From assembly GCA_044869265.1 (NCBI GenBank), contig JBIOXD010000021.1, forward strand, positions 2,748 through 66,747: a DNA stretch of 64,000 nucleotides, given 5' to 3'. Source of the stretch: Gemmatimonadales bacterium. GTDB taxonomy: Bacteria; Gemmatimonadota; Gemmatimonadetes; Gemmatimonadales; GWC2-71-9. The first letter of the stretch is position 1; the number at the start of each line of letters is the position of its first letter. Below the pieces are notes generated by a model that saw only the letters and a program-made list of their open reading frames with translations, ran no database searches and was not told the origin of the DNA. A program made the translations under genes and the position numbers. Below are positions 1 through 7,194 of the stretch, in pieces.

Positions 1-2
1 GG

Positions 3-275
3 GTCCAGCCATCGTCTTTCCCGTACGTCCGGATTGCCATTTGGCGTGAGGTGACCCAGCTCGCGGGCGGCTCCTTCCGCGTGGACACCGATGCGGTTGG
101 CTGGTATTTCACTGGACCAAACACGTTTGAGATCGCGTCGGGTGGCAGCGTCACCGTCGAGCGCGTAGGAGCGGGTTACAGGATCGACGGCGGGTCTGAT
201 CTCCGGTTCTCTTCACGGCGCGTCCTCGGTACGTTCAGCGCCAATTGGGTTCAGCTCGAGCTGCTCTGCGGGTAA
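3..275 (+). CDS. 3' part of an unidentified protein-coding gene entering from the left window edge
   Basis: The frame of ORF 51..275 stays open back to nt 3. It ends ...RRVLGTFSANWVQLELLCG*. The last ~30 aa are paralogous to the end of ORF 12659..12913. A hairpin follows at 305..334. Confidence 0.4.
   Translation, partial: VQPSSFPYVRIAIWREVTQLAGGSFRVDTDAVGWYFTGPNTFEIASGGSVTVERVGAGYRIDGGSDLRFSSRRVLGTFSANWVQLELLCG
221..275 (+). repeat. Copy A of a dispersed ~45-55 nt direct repeat (CGTCCTC.GTACGTTCAGCGCC..TTGGGTTCAGCTCGAGCTGCT) containing the 12-bp palindrome CAGCTCGAGCTG
   Basis: Hand alignment gives 42/45 identical to 3244..3288 and 36/45 to 12859..12903. Confidence 0.8.
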
Positions 276-304
276 GCGTCGGTAACAACTAGGGAGGCCC
301 GACA

Positions 305-334
305 GGGGACCGTTGCCCGTGGGCCACGGTCCCC
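305..334. terminator. Hairpin between convergent genes (GGGGACCGT-N12-ACGGTCCCC)
   Basis: Perfect 9-bp inverted repeat read directly. It lies between the stop at 275 (+) and the stop at 360 (-). Confidence 0.5.
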
Positions 335-359
335 GGAAGCTGCTCCGGTTGGCGACGTG

Positions 360-1748
360 CTACGGCACCGCCGGGCGGAACGGGGCGACCTGCTCCTCGA
401 TCTGCTTCAGATCGCCCGTCACCACGATGAGCATCTGCTCCGGTCTGAGGTAGGATCGGGCGACCCGCTGCACCTCGGCGGGAGTCACCGCATGAACCCG
501 GCGGACGTAATTCGCCAGGTAGTCGTCGCCCAGACCGTGCAAGCGGATGAATCCGAGCTGGCCCGAAATGCCCTGGCGTGACGAGTTCTGCAGCACGAAG
601 GTGCCGGCGAGATAGTTCTGGATGCCGCGCAGCTCCTCGGCCGGCGGCGGCTCGTTCCGGAGCCGGTCGATCTCCTTGAAGATCTCCTGCAGGGCCGGTC
701 CGGTGACGTTCGTCGTGACGTCGGCGACCTCGACCCAATAGGCATCGCGGTAGCGCGCCGACGTCTGGCTGAAGGGCGAATAGGTGTAGCCCTTCTGCTC
801 CCGGATGTTGGAGGTGATGCGCGATCCGAACGAGCCGCCCAGCAGCGCGTCGGTCACCTGGAGCGTGATCCAGTCCTGGCTCGACGGATCGACGACCGGG
901 AGCCCCAGGTAAATCGTCGACTGGGCGGCGCCTGGACGGTCGATCAGGTGGACCTCGCGGCCGCGGTGTGGCTTGGGCGCATTGATCAGCGGCGCCGGAC
1001 CGCGGGCCCAATCGCCCAGCGCTGCGCGCGCCGCGGCCTCGACCCGCGCCGCGTCGAAACGTCCCACGACGTACAGATGTGCACGCGCCGCCCCAAAATT
1101 GGCCGCGTGGAAGCCCCGCACCTGCTCCACGGTGTAGCCGTTGAGCCGCTCAGGCGTGGGGAAGATGCGCCCGTACGCGTGGTCGGGATACATCACCTGC
1201 CGGAACTTCTCCAGCGTGATGGACTGCGGCTGGCGCTTGGAGACGCTCAGCTGGCGCACGCGGTTCGCCTTGAGCCGCTCGATCTCGGACCCGGGAAAGC
1301 GGGGGTTCCGCGCCACGTCGGCCACCAGACGCACAAAGTCAGACGCGGCCTCCTCCAGCACGTCGCCCGCGATCGTCGTCTGGTCCGGGCCGACGTTGAC
1401 GGCGAGGTTGCCGCCCATACCGGCTGCCGCCGCGGCCAGCTCCTCACCCGTCCGTGTGCTCGTCCCCTCGCGCATCATGTCGCCCGTCAGATCGGCCAGC
1501 CATGTTTCGGTGGCACTCTCGTTCAGGTTGCCGGCGCGTACCACGAGCGCGACTCGCGCCTTCGGCACGGTACCATACGGGACCAAGGTCACGCCGAGAC
1601 CGTTCTCGAGCTGGAACGTGCGAGCGGCCGGCAGCGTGAAGTCGCGCGGCGGCCCGCCCTCCGGCGGAGCCTGACGCTGGGCCGCGACGGGCGCGGCGCC
1701 GGCGACCAGCGCGAGCGCGACGGCAAACAGGCGGCGGGCGGCGGTCAT
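360..1748 (-). CDS. M16 (pitrilysin) family peptidase-like protein, probably the non-catalytic partner subunit, secreted
   Basis: 462 aa with signal-like MTAARRLFAVALALVAGAAPVAAQ. M16-like throughout, but the HxxEH position reads WLADLTGDMMREGT (no His pair). ATGA overlap with the upstream M16 gene. Confidence 0.8.
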   Translation of the reverse strand: MTAARRLFAVALALVAGAAPVAAQRQAPPEGGPPRDFTLPAARTFQLENGLGVTLVPYGTVPKARVALVVRAGNLNESATETWLADLTGDMMREGTSTRTGEELAAAAAGMGGNLAVNVGPDQTTIAGDVLEEAASDFVRLVADVARNPRFPGSEIERLKANRVRQLSVSKRQPQSITLEKFRQVMYPDHAYGRIFPTPERLNGYTVEQVRGFHAANFGAARAHLYVVGRFDAARVEAAARAALGDWARGPAPLINAPKPHRGREVHLIDRPGAAQSTIYLGLPVVDPSSQDWITLQVTDALLGGSFGSRITSNIREQKGYTYSPFSQTSARYRDAYWVEVADVTTNVTGPALQEIFKEIDRLRNEPPPAEELRGIQNYLAGTFVLQNSSRQGISGQLGFIRLHGLGDDYLANYVRRVHAVTPAEVQRVARSYLRPEQMLIVVTGDLKQIEEQVAPFRPAVP

Positions 1749-3136
1749 GGGGTGCTCCCCGGCCGAGCGGCCGGCGTGACGATGAGGGTGGTCCGGTTGG
1801 TGGGCCGGAGGTACTCCTGCGCCGTGCTTTGGATCAGCGACGGGGTGACGCGGTTGAACTCCGCCTCGAGCCGGTTGAGTCGCGCGGGATCGTCGTCGAA
1901 CAGCGCGAACGACGCCAGCAGGTCGGCGCGGCCGAAGCCGAACAGGCCTTCCTGGAAGGCGTACAGCGCGGAGCGGAGCTTGACGCGCGCCCGTGCGAGC
2001 GTCGCGGAATCCACCGGGGCGCTCCGCAGGCGCTCGATCACCCCGTCGAGACGCGCCACGATCGAATCCGCCGTGCGCGTTGTGTCGTGGATCAGCGACA
2101 GCGTCCAGACCATCGGCCCGTTGTAGTTGAGCATGTTGCCGAGCAGGTTCACGCCGCCGGTGACATTGCCCGACATGCCCGCACGCCGCACCAGCTCCTG
2201 GTAGAGCCAGCTGTCGTTCCCTTGGAGCAGGATCTGGTCGATCAGGCCCATCGCGAAGTACTGGGGGGAGTTGCGCGGCGGCATCTGATAGCCGACGGCG
2301 AGCGCAGGCCGCGAGGCGAGGGAGTCGACCCGGCTGGCGTGCTTTTCGCGCGTCTGGCGCGGCTCCTGCGTGGCGACGACCGGTGGCCGCCTGGCGCTCG
2401 AGATGTTGTCGAAGTAGCGCCGCACCAGTGCCAGGGCCGGTCCGGGCTCGAAGTCACCGACGATCACGAGCGCGGCGTTGTTGGGGGCGTAGTACGTCTT
2501 GAAGAAGGCGCGCGCGTCGTCCAGCGTCGCGGCGTCCAGGTCCGAGAAGTCACCGTAGAAGTTGTGGGCGTTGGCCCAGTTCTCGAACGCGTGCTGGGGC
2601 AGGTCGAGCCACGGGAATCCACCGTACGGCTGATTGATGACGTTGACCTTCACCTCGTTCTTCACGACAGCCTGCTGGTTCGACAGGTTGTCCGGGGTGA
2701 TGTCCAGCCCGCGCATCCGGTCCGCCTCGGCCCAGAGAATCGTCTCGAGCTTGTTGGCAGGGACGATTTGGAAGTAGTTGGTGAAATCGAACCGGGTGGA
2801 GCCGTTCAGTATGCCACCGTTCTTCTGGACCAGCTGAATGAACTCCATCTTGCCCAGGTTCTGGGATCCCTGGAACATCAGGTGCTCGAACAGGTGCGCG
2901 AAGCCGGTGCGCCCGCGCGGCTCGAGCCGGAAGCCGACGTTGTAGTAGACGGCGACTGTCACGATGGGCGCCGTGCGGTCGGGCGAGAGCACCACCTTCA
3001 ACCCATTCTTCAGCTTGTGGTACTCGACCGGCACCGGAGCGGCGGCGGCGGTGCGCTGGGCGGTGCCGGGCGCGAGCGGGAGGGAGAGGGGGACCGCCGC
3101 CAGCGCCGTGAACACCAGTCTGCGGGCCAGCCTCAT
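1745..3136 (-). CDS. M16 family zinc peptidase (catalytic subunit), secreted
   Basis: GFAHLFEHLMFQGS is the inverted-zincin HxxEH motif. Start moved to ATG 3136 (GGGAGG upstream), giving MRLARRLVFTALAAVPLSLPLAPG as a signal peptide. Confidence 0.85.
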   Translation of the reverse strand: MRLARRLVFTALAAVPLSLPLAPGTAQRTAAAAPVPVEYHKLKNGLKVVLSPDRTAPIVTVAVYYNVGFRLEPRGRTGFAHLFEHLMFQGSQNLGKMEFIQLVQKNGGILNGSTRFDFTNYFQIVPANKLETILWAEADRMRGLDITPDNLSNQQAVVKNEVKVNVINQPYGGFPWLDLPQHAFENWANAHNFYGDFSDLDAATLDDARAFFKTYYAPNNAALVIVGDFEPGPALALVRRYFDNISSARRPPVVATQEPRQTREKHASRVDSLASRPALAVGYQMPPRNSPQYFAMGLIDQILLQGNDSWLYQELVRRAGMSGNVTGGVNLLGNMLNYNGPMVWTLSLIHDTTRTADSIVARLDGVIERLRSAPVDSATLARARVKLRSALYAFQEGLFGFGRADLLASFALFDDDPARLNRLEAEFNRVTPSLIQSTAQEYLRPTNRTTLIVTPAARPGSTP

Positions 3137-3243
3137 GCGCACCTCCCTGCCAAAGAAGAGAGAAAACCCGCGAGCGACCTTCAATCATATCACAGGGGCA
3201 CGTTATCGGTAACGGAGTGTTGCAAGAGACTTGCAAGCGATGC

Positions 3244-3296
3244 CGTCCTCTGTACGTTCAGCGCCGGTTGGGTTCAGCTCGAGCTGCTGTAACGGG
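3244..3296 (+). repeat. Copy B of the dispersed repeat (see 221..275)
   Basis: 42/45 identical to copy A. In frame it reads ...FSAGWVQLELL* (end of shadow ORF 1829..3292). Confidence 0.8.
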
Positions 3297-3299
3297 AAG

Positions 3300-3410
3300 C
3301 GGCCGTTCATCGGTCTTGCGTGGGCGGACAAGCTGGCGGCTGGCTGGCCGGCGGCCGCGCGAATGGCGGTGTACTACTTGACGTTTGTGGTGTCGGTCGG
3401 ATCGCTGGGA
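3300..3410 (+). pseudogene. Fragment of a paralogue of the small membrane protein encoded at 12944..13315
   Basis: RPFIGLAWADKLAAGWPAAARMAVYYLTFVVSVGSLG aligns with APFIGLAWADRLATGWPASSRATLYYLMLLVSVASLA of 12944..13315. The first ~45 codons and the C-terminal part are missing. Confidence 0.6.
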
Positions 3411-3600
3411 AACCAGTGCAACGAGCTTCGGATCAAATTGCTGGCCCGAGTACTTCGCCAACTCTTCAAGCGCGCGCATGGGCCCGTGCCCAATCTGCCG
3501 GCGCACTGGAGCCATGAAGTGAAGCCTGGATCATTCCCGCGCTGCTCGGAGCAACGCTGGTCGAGTGCTCGAGCGATTACGTCGCCCTCAACGTGGAGGT
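3405..3600 (-). pseudogene. Relic of the 3' end of an HD-GYP domain gene (paralogue of 16751..18112)
   Basis: HGPMRALEELAKYSGQQFDPKLVALVSQ aligns with LQRAIEELHRYSGRQFDPRLVDLVANSQ at the C-terminus of the intact HD-GYP protein. Upstream similarity is only weak and in another frame (..IARALDQRCSEQR..). Confidence 0.55.
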
Positions 3601-4061
3601 CGTGATTCCGGCCCAGGGTCCGCACGATCCAGGCGGGAGATCTCCACCTGATGTTATGGAGCTACGACCATAACAGCGTGGTTCAAGGAAAATTTCGGTG
3701 AAGAACTACCACGTTTGTACCAACGCCGCCGTATGCCACAAAGCAGTTGCGTCCAGAATCTCAACGACATCACCCTCCACTTTCGCCAAAGCGGCACGAG
3801 GGATGGTATACCCCGAGTTCGCGAGAGCCGCGAACACGCGCTCCAGCCCTTCTTCACCGCCCCCTGATGACGGCCTCGAATATTTTTGCGACGCTTGCTG
3901 CGTACAGAGGCCCGAACAGGCCCATGCAGAACTGGACCTTAACCTTGTCCCATCCACGCGTAAGCATTACGCTGGAGCTGTGCCCGCATCTATTCGACCA
4001 AGAGCCCTCGAGCAACCCGAACTCCCTTCGAAGCCGCTTTCTCAAGCCGCCGCAATGCCGT

Positions 4062-5150
4062 TTAGCACGTGGGAGGAGCGTCCTGTCGCTCTAGCTCGAC
4101 ACGATACTGACCGCCTGCCGTTGCTCTGACGGTTACAGTCCCGTCCCACCCCGTGGCGAACACCGCGTCACGCATCGTCACGCGCCGGAAGTCGCGTACG
4201 CCGTCGGCCACGGACACGCTCTTGGGGGTCGCGCGGCGCCGGCGGATCGCCGCGCTCAGCATGTCGACCGCCACCGCTCTCGGATGGCCGAACTGGTAGG
4301 CGTTGAAGAGGCCGGCGCGCCGCGTGCAGCTCCCCATTGAGATGATCGCGATCTCGGGCTGCACCAGCGCTTCTAGCAGCGACCAGGTCGTCCCATTGTG
4401 CGAGCCGTGATGTCCCACGTGATAGACGTCGGCGTCGAGCATCGGCGAGCCAGCGAAGACGGTGACAAGGTTCTCGATCGCCGGAATCTCCAGATCCCCG
4501 GTGAAGAGAAACGAGGCGCGACCCATGTCTACACGGACCACCAGGCTGTGGTTGTTCTTGTCGTGGAAGTCGTTCGCTCGCCACCCAGGGTTCTCTGCTA
4601 GGTCCGCCGAGAGAATCCTGATCTCGGGGTTTGTGCCAGCGCACTCGACGGGATCGATCTCCGGGGTCGTAAGTCCGAAGTCGGCGACAATGTCGTCCCC
4701 ATCGACATCCACGATACGTATGTCGCGGCGCCTAGTTTGGACCTGCTCATTCAGCCATACCAACGGTCGATCTCCGATGTCGTTCTCTCGACCCCGGCCG
4801 CCGTTCTCCACCACGCTCCGGACCCGAAAGGCCTGCACGAGATCCGCTAGTGAGCGGGTATGATCCACGTGGTTGTGAGTAATGATGATGGTGAGGAGCG
4901 TCGAGTCGAGGTCGGTGCGGCGCGCAAAGAACGTGCCGAGGTATGCCACAAGCTGCTCAGAATCCGCGCTCGATTGGCCTCCGACGTCGATAAGCACTGC
5001 GCCGCACGAGAACTCTAGCAAGGTGGCGTCTCCCTGGCCCACATCTATGAAGTGCGCGATCATCACGCTGTCCGGTAAGCCCTGCGTACGTGCAGCTGTC
5101 GTCCAGGCGAGCGAGACGCATAGCAGAATGAACAGTCGGTTCGTGATCAT
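4062..5150 (-). CDS. Secreted metallo-beta-lactamase-fold hydrolase of the ComEC/Rec2 C-terminal-domain type
   Basis: Motifs HFIDVGQGDATLL, ITHNHVDH (HxHxDH) and YHVGHHGSHNGT. Start reassigned to ATG 5150 (GAGG 6 nt upstream), giving MITNRLFILLCVSLAWTTAARTQG as a signal peptide. Confidence 0.8.
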   Translation of the reverse strand: MITNRLFILLCVSLAWTTAARTQGLPDSVMIAHFIDVGQGDATLLEFSCGAVLIDVGGQSSADSEQLVAYLGTFFARRTDLDSTLLTIIITHNHVDHTRSLADLVQAFRVRSVVENGGRGRENDIGDRPLVWLNEQVQTRRRDIRIVDVDGDDIVADFGLTTPEIDPVECAGTNPEIRILSADLAENPGWRANDFHDKNNHSLVVRVDMGRASFLFTGDLEIPAIENLVTVFAGSPMLDADVYHVGHHGSHNGTTWSLLEALVQPEIAIISMGSCTRRAGLFNAYQFGHPRAVAVDMLSAAIRRRRATPKSVSVADGVRDFRRVTMRDAVFATGWDGTVTVRATAGGQYRVELERQDAPPTC

Positions 5151-5157
5151 GCTTACC

Positions 5158-5655
5158 TCACTCGCCGCCCGGAGTCGCGGAGCTTCCGCTCCCAGACATG
5201 CTGGTCCTGGTCTGCACGTTGCGCAGCTTCGCCATGTTCCGGAGCTCAAGGACTGCATCCAACACCTCGTGCCAGAACTTCGAGCCGAATCCGAGCGCCG
5301 CGCCGGTGATTGCCGACCCTATGACAGCGTAGGCGATGGTGAGAAAGCTTCCTGTCTCTGGTGCTGGGACCCACATCGACCCGCGCATCTGGAGCCAACC
5401 CATTGTTTCCCAGGGAGCGTCCAGGTGGTTCAGCGCAGCAATCAAGTCAGCTTTCAGCACTACGGCGAGCACAATCCCGAGCAAGACGCCTCGGTTGGTG
5501 ATCCCTTGCTCCCGTTGCTTCTCGGTCAGCTTGGTGTCCCGCTCGTCGCGGAGTTGGCGGTTGCCGAGCTTGATAACGTTGGTGATCCGTTCCGCAGCCA
5601 CACTCAGCGCAGTGAGGAATACCAGTAGGTTGATGATTGGCTCAAGGGCACTCAT
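5158..5655 (-). CDS. Small membrane protein of unknown function (165 aa)
   Basis: Start reassigned to ATG 5655 (GAGAGGAAGG upstream). Hydrophobic segments IINLLVFLTALSVAA, VLLGIVLAVVL and FLTIAYAVIGSAITGAALGF. The stop lies 8 nt before the MBL gene start. Confidence 0.55.
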   Translation of the reverse strand: MSALEPIINLLVFLTALSVAAERITNVIKLGNRQLRDERDTKLTEKQREQGITNRGVLLGIVLAVVLKADLIAALNHLDAPWETMGWLQMRGSMWVPAPETGSFLTIAYAVIGSAITGAALGFGSKFWHEVLDAVLELRNMAKLRNVQTRTSMSGSGSSATPGGE

Positions 5656-5938
5656 TCGGACCTTCCTCTCCCGCGTGTGCGGGGATGCGCAACCTGTGGT
5701 GGGCTGGCTTGCCAAGAACAACGCTCCCGCACGCTCGACACTTCCCCGCGCGGAGCACGACGGGCGGCTTCCTCACAGAAAGCTGCCGCGGCGATGGAGC
5801 ATGACTGTGGTGGCAATTAGTCGTAGGAACCAGCCTCGAACGTCTTTCAAACTCGGCGGTCTCAGCAAAGTAGAGTCGGGCATAGATAGTCGTTTCCAGC
5901 CACAGATCATATCGCTCTTGGTCAGGCGCTCGCGCCAT
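5642..5938 (-). CDS. Hypothetical 98-aa protein (weak call)
   Basis: Open frame MARAPDQERYDLWLETTIYARLYFAETAEF... with a CRAC pair. The stop overlaps the start of 5158..5655 by 14 nt. Third-position GC is only moderate and no motif was recognised. Confidence 0.25.
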   Translation of the reverse strand: MARAPDQERYDLWLETTIYARLYFAETAEFERRSRLVPTTNCHHSHAPSPRQLSVRKPPVVLRAGKCRACGSVVLGKPAHHRLRIPAHAGEEGPNECP

Positions 5939-6099
5939 ATCTCCGAAAGTCGCGTCTCTTAAGCATTAGTTTAGCGTCGCCTGGGTCGACGGCCTGGACT
6001 CGCTCGGATGGCGAGCTCGAGAACGAGTAAGACTCCATGCTCGCCGTGGAGAAGAGCGTGATCCGCCTCCGGCCCAAGTACTCGATTCGGACCCGGCGA

Positions 6100-6486
6100 C
6101 TACGGGATGCCTTCGTGGTCCCGTACGAGCTTTGGCTCCGCCTCGGCTGCCGGCGGCGATTGCAGCATGTCATCGACGGTCCTCTCTCCCTCTAAAAGTC
6201 TAGGTTCGCTAAGCTTGGCCTCGACGAGGATCGCGCCTCCCGACAATCCCAGCCACGTCACTACTGTCTCGACGGGACCACTGCTGTTCACATAGAACGC
6301 GAGCGGAGCAGCAACCCACAGGGATACGCAGTTGAAGCAGTCCATCAGCCGGCCGAGCAGGTTGCTGCCCGCGAACGTGCGCAAACGCGCTATCAGGTCC
6401 CACGGCCCGCGCTCTGTAGCAAGCAACCGGCTCACTCTCCAGGTCGCGAGTATTGCGAGGACGAAGCGGAACACCACGGAGCCCAC
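6100..6486 (-). CDS. DUF1360-like integral membrane protein
   Basis: LATWRVSRLLATERGPWDLIARLR...LMDCFNCVSLWVAAPLAF resembles the DUF1360 pattern as I remember it (Arg-rich amphipathic helix, then C-x-x-C...W). The GTG start is immediately adjacent to the TGA of the upstream gene. Confidence 0.6.
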   Translation of the reverse strand: MGSVVFRFVLAILATWRVSRLLATERGPWDLIARLRTFAGSNLLGRLMDCFNCVSLWVAAPLAFYVNSSGPVETVVTWLGLSGGAILVEAKLSEPRLLEGERTVDDMLQSPPAAEAEPKLVRDHEGIP

Positions 6487-7095
6487 TCACTTGTTACAAC
6501 AGCCAGCGGCCCACTTGCACCACCAGCGGCAGTCGCACGAGCAGCAACCCGCACACTTCGTCACGCAGCCGCCGCACCTCCCCACGACGCACCAGAAGTA
6601 TGCCGCCCATGTTCCCGAACAGGTGACTAGCGAGGTGAGGCACGTCGTCACACATGACCGCTTCAGGCACGCTACCCAGCAGCTCCACCAGCTCTTGGCC
6701 TTCTTCAAGTTGTTACTCGCGTCGACTGTGTATTCAACCGCCTGCTGGAACTTCCCATTGGGCGCGACGACGTTGAAGTTGTAGGTATCGGTGTGTGTCC
6801 CCGCCCTCACCGTCACGGTCCCGACGGCCGCACGGTCTTTGGAGCCTCCTTTTTGATACGACTGCAAGCGGATCTCAAACGTCGCGGTGCGACCATCATT
6901 GCTGGTGTACTTCTCCGTGACGCCGAAGTACGCGTCTTTACCGGCAGTTACCGGCTTGAACCCTTGTGACGCGAGGTGGGTGGAGAGAGACTTGATTGCT
7001 GGCCGTGCGGCGGCCGCCTTGAAATGCGCGCTAAGGTCGGCGACCTCCGGGATTTTGGTAGCGACCCGTGACACGAAGATCTTGGGGGCGGGCAT
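6487..7095 (-). CDS. Unknown protein: 134-aa Cys-free N-terminal region plus 68-aa C-terminal tail with 16 Cys and 8 Trp
   Basis: Start reassigned to ATG 7095 (GGAGG 5 nt upstream). The tail is SWWSCWVACLKRSCVTTCLTSLVTCSGTWAAYFWCVVGRCGGCVTKCAGCCSCDCRWWCKWAAGCCNK. Third codon positions are GC-rich in this frame. Confidence 0.7.
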   Translation of the reverse strand: MPAPKIFVSRVATKIPEVADLSAHFKAAAARPAIKSLSTHLASQGFKPVTAGKDAYFGVTEKYTSNDGRTATFEIRLQSYQKGGSKDRAAVGTVTVRAGTHTDTYNFNVVAPNGKFQQAVEYTVDASNNLKKAKSWWSCWVACLKRSCVTTCLTSLVTCSGTWAAYFWCVVGRCGGCVTKCAGCCSCDCRWWCKWAAGCCNK

Positions 7096-7194
7096 CGTTC
7101 CTCCGTGCGCTGGTGGTGAAGAAGTCAAAGCCGCGACGACTGGCTCGCAACTTCAATCCTAGGCTCGGGGCGTCTCAACCTCGTCTCCGAGACA

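Noticed and set aside
948-3292. Long plus-strand ORFs (948..2126, 1829..3292 and others) opposite the M16 peptidase genes
   Set aside because: Arg/Gly/Asp-rich low-complexity translations typical of antisense shadow ORFs in high-GC DNA. The minus-strand frames carry clear M16 motifs and signal peptides.
4062-5150. Beta-lactamase resistance gene
   Set aside because: Only the generic MBL-fold HxHxDH core is present, and the flanking motifs resemble the ComEC C-terminal domain. There is no basis for calling a class B beta-lactamase.
5922-6173. 83-aa minus-strand ORF overlapping the DUF1360 3' end
   Set aside because: Arg/Ser-rich, overlaps a better-supported gene in another frame, and has no RBS.
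6332-6784. 150-aa plus-strand ORF (His/Gln/Pro-rich) opposite the Cys-rich tail and the DUF1360 start
   Set aside because: Its composition is simply the complement of the TGC/TGG-rich coding strand. It has no RBS or start context, while the minus-strand frame has a strong RBS and tight coupling to the next gene.
7096-7194. Promoter or SARP heptad boxes upstream of the Cys-rich gene
   Set aside because: I found only a short palindrome (GTCTCGGAGAC) and a TTGACT with no room for a -10 box before the RBS. The gene is more likely co-transcribed with the SARP gene.
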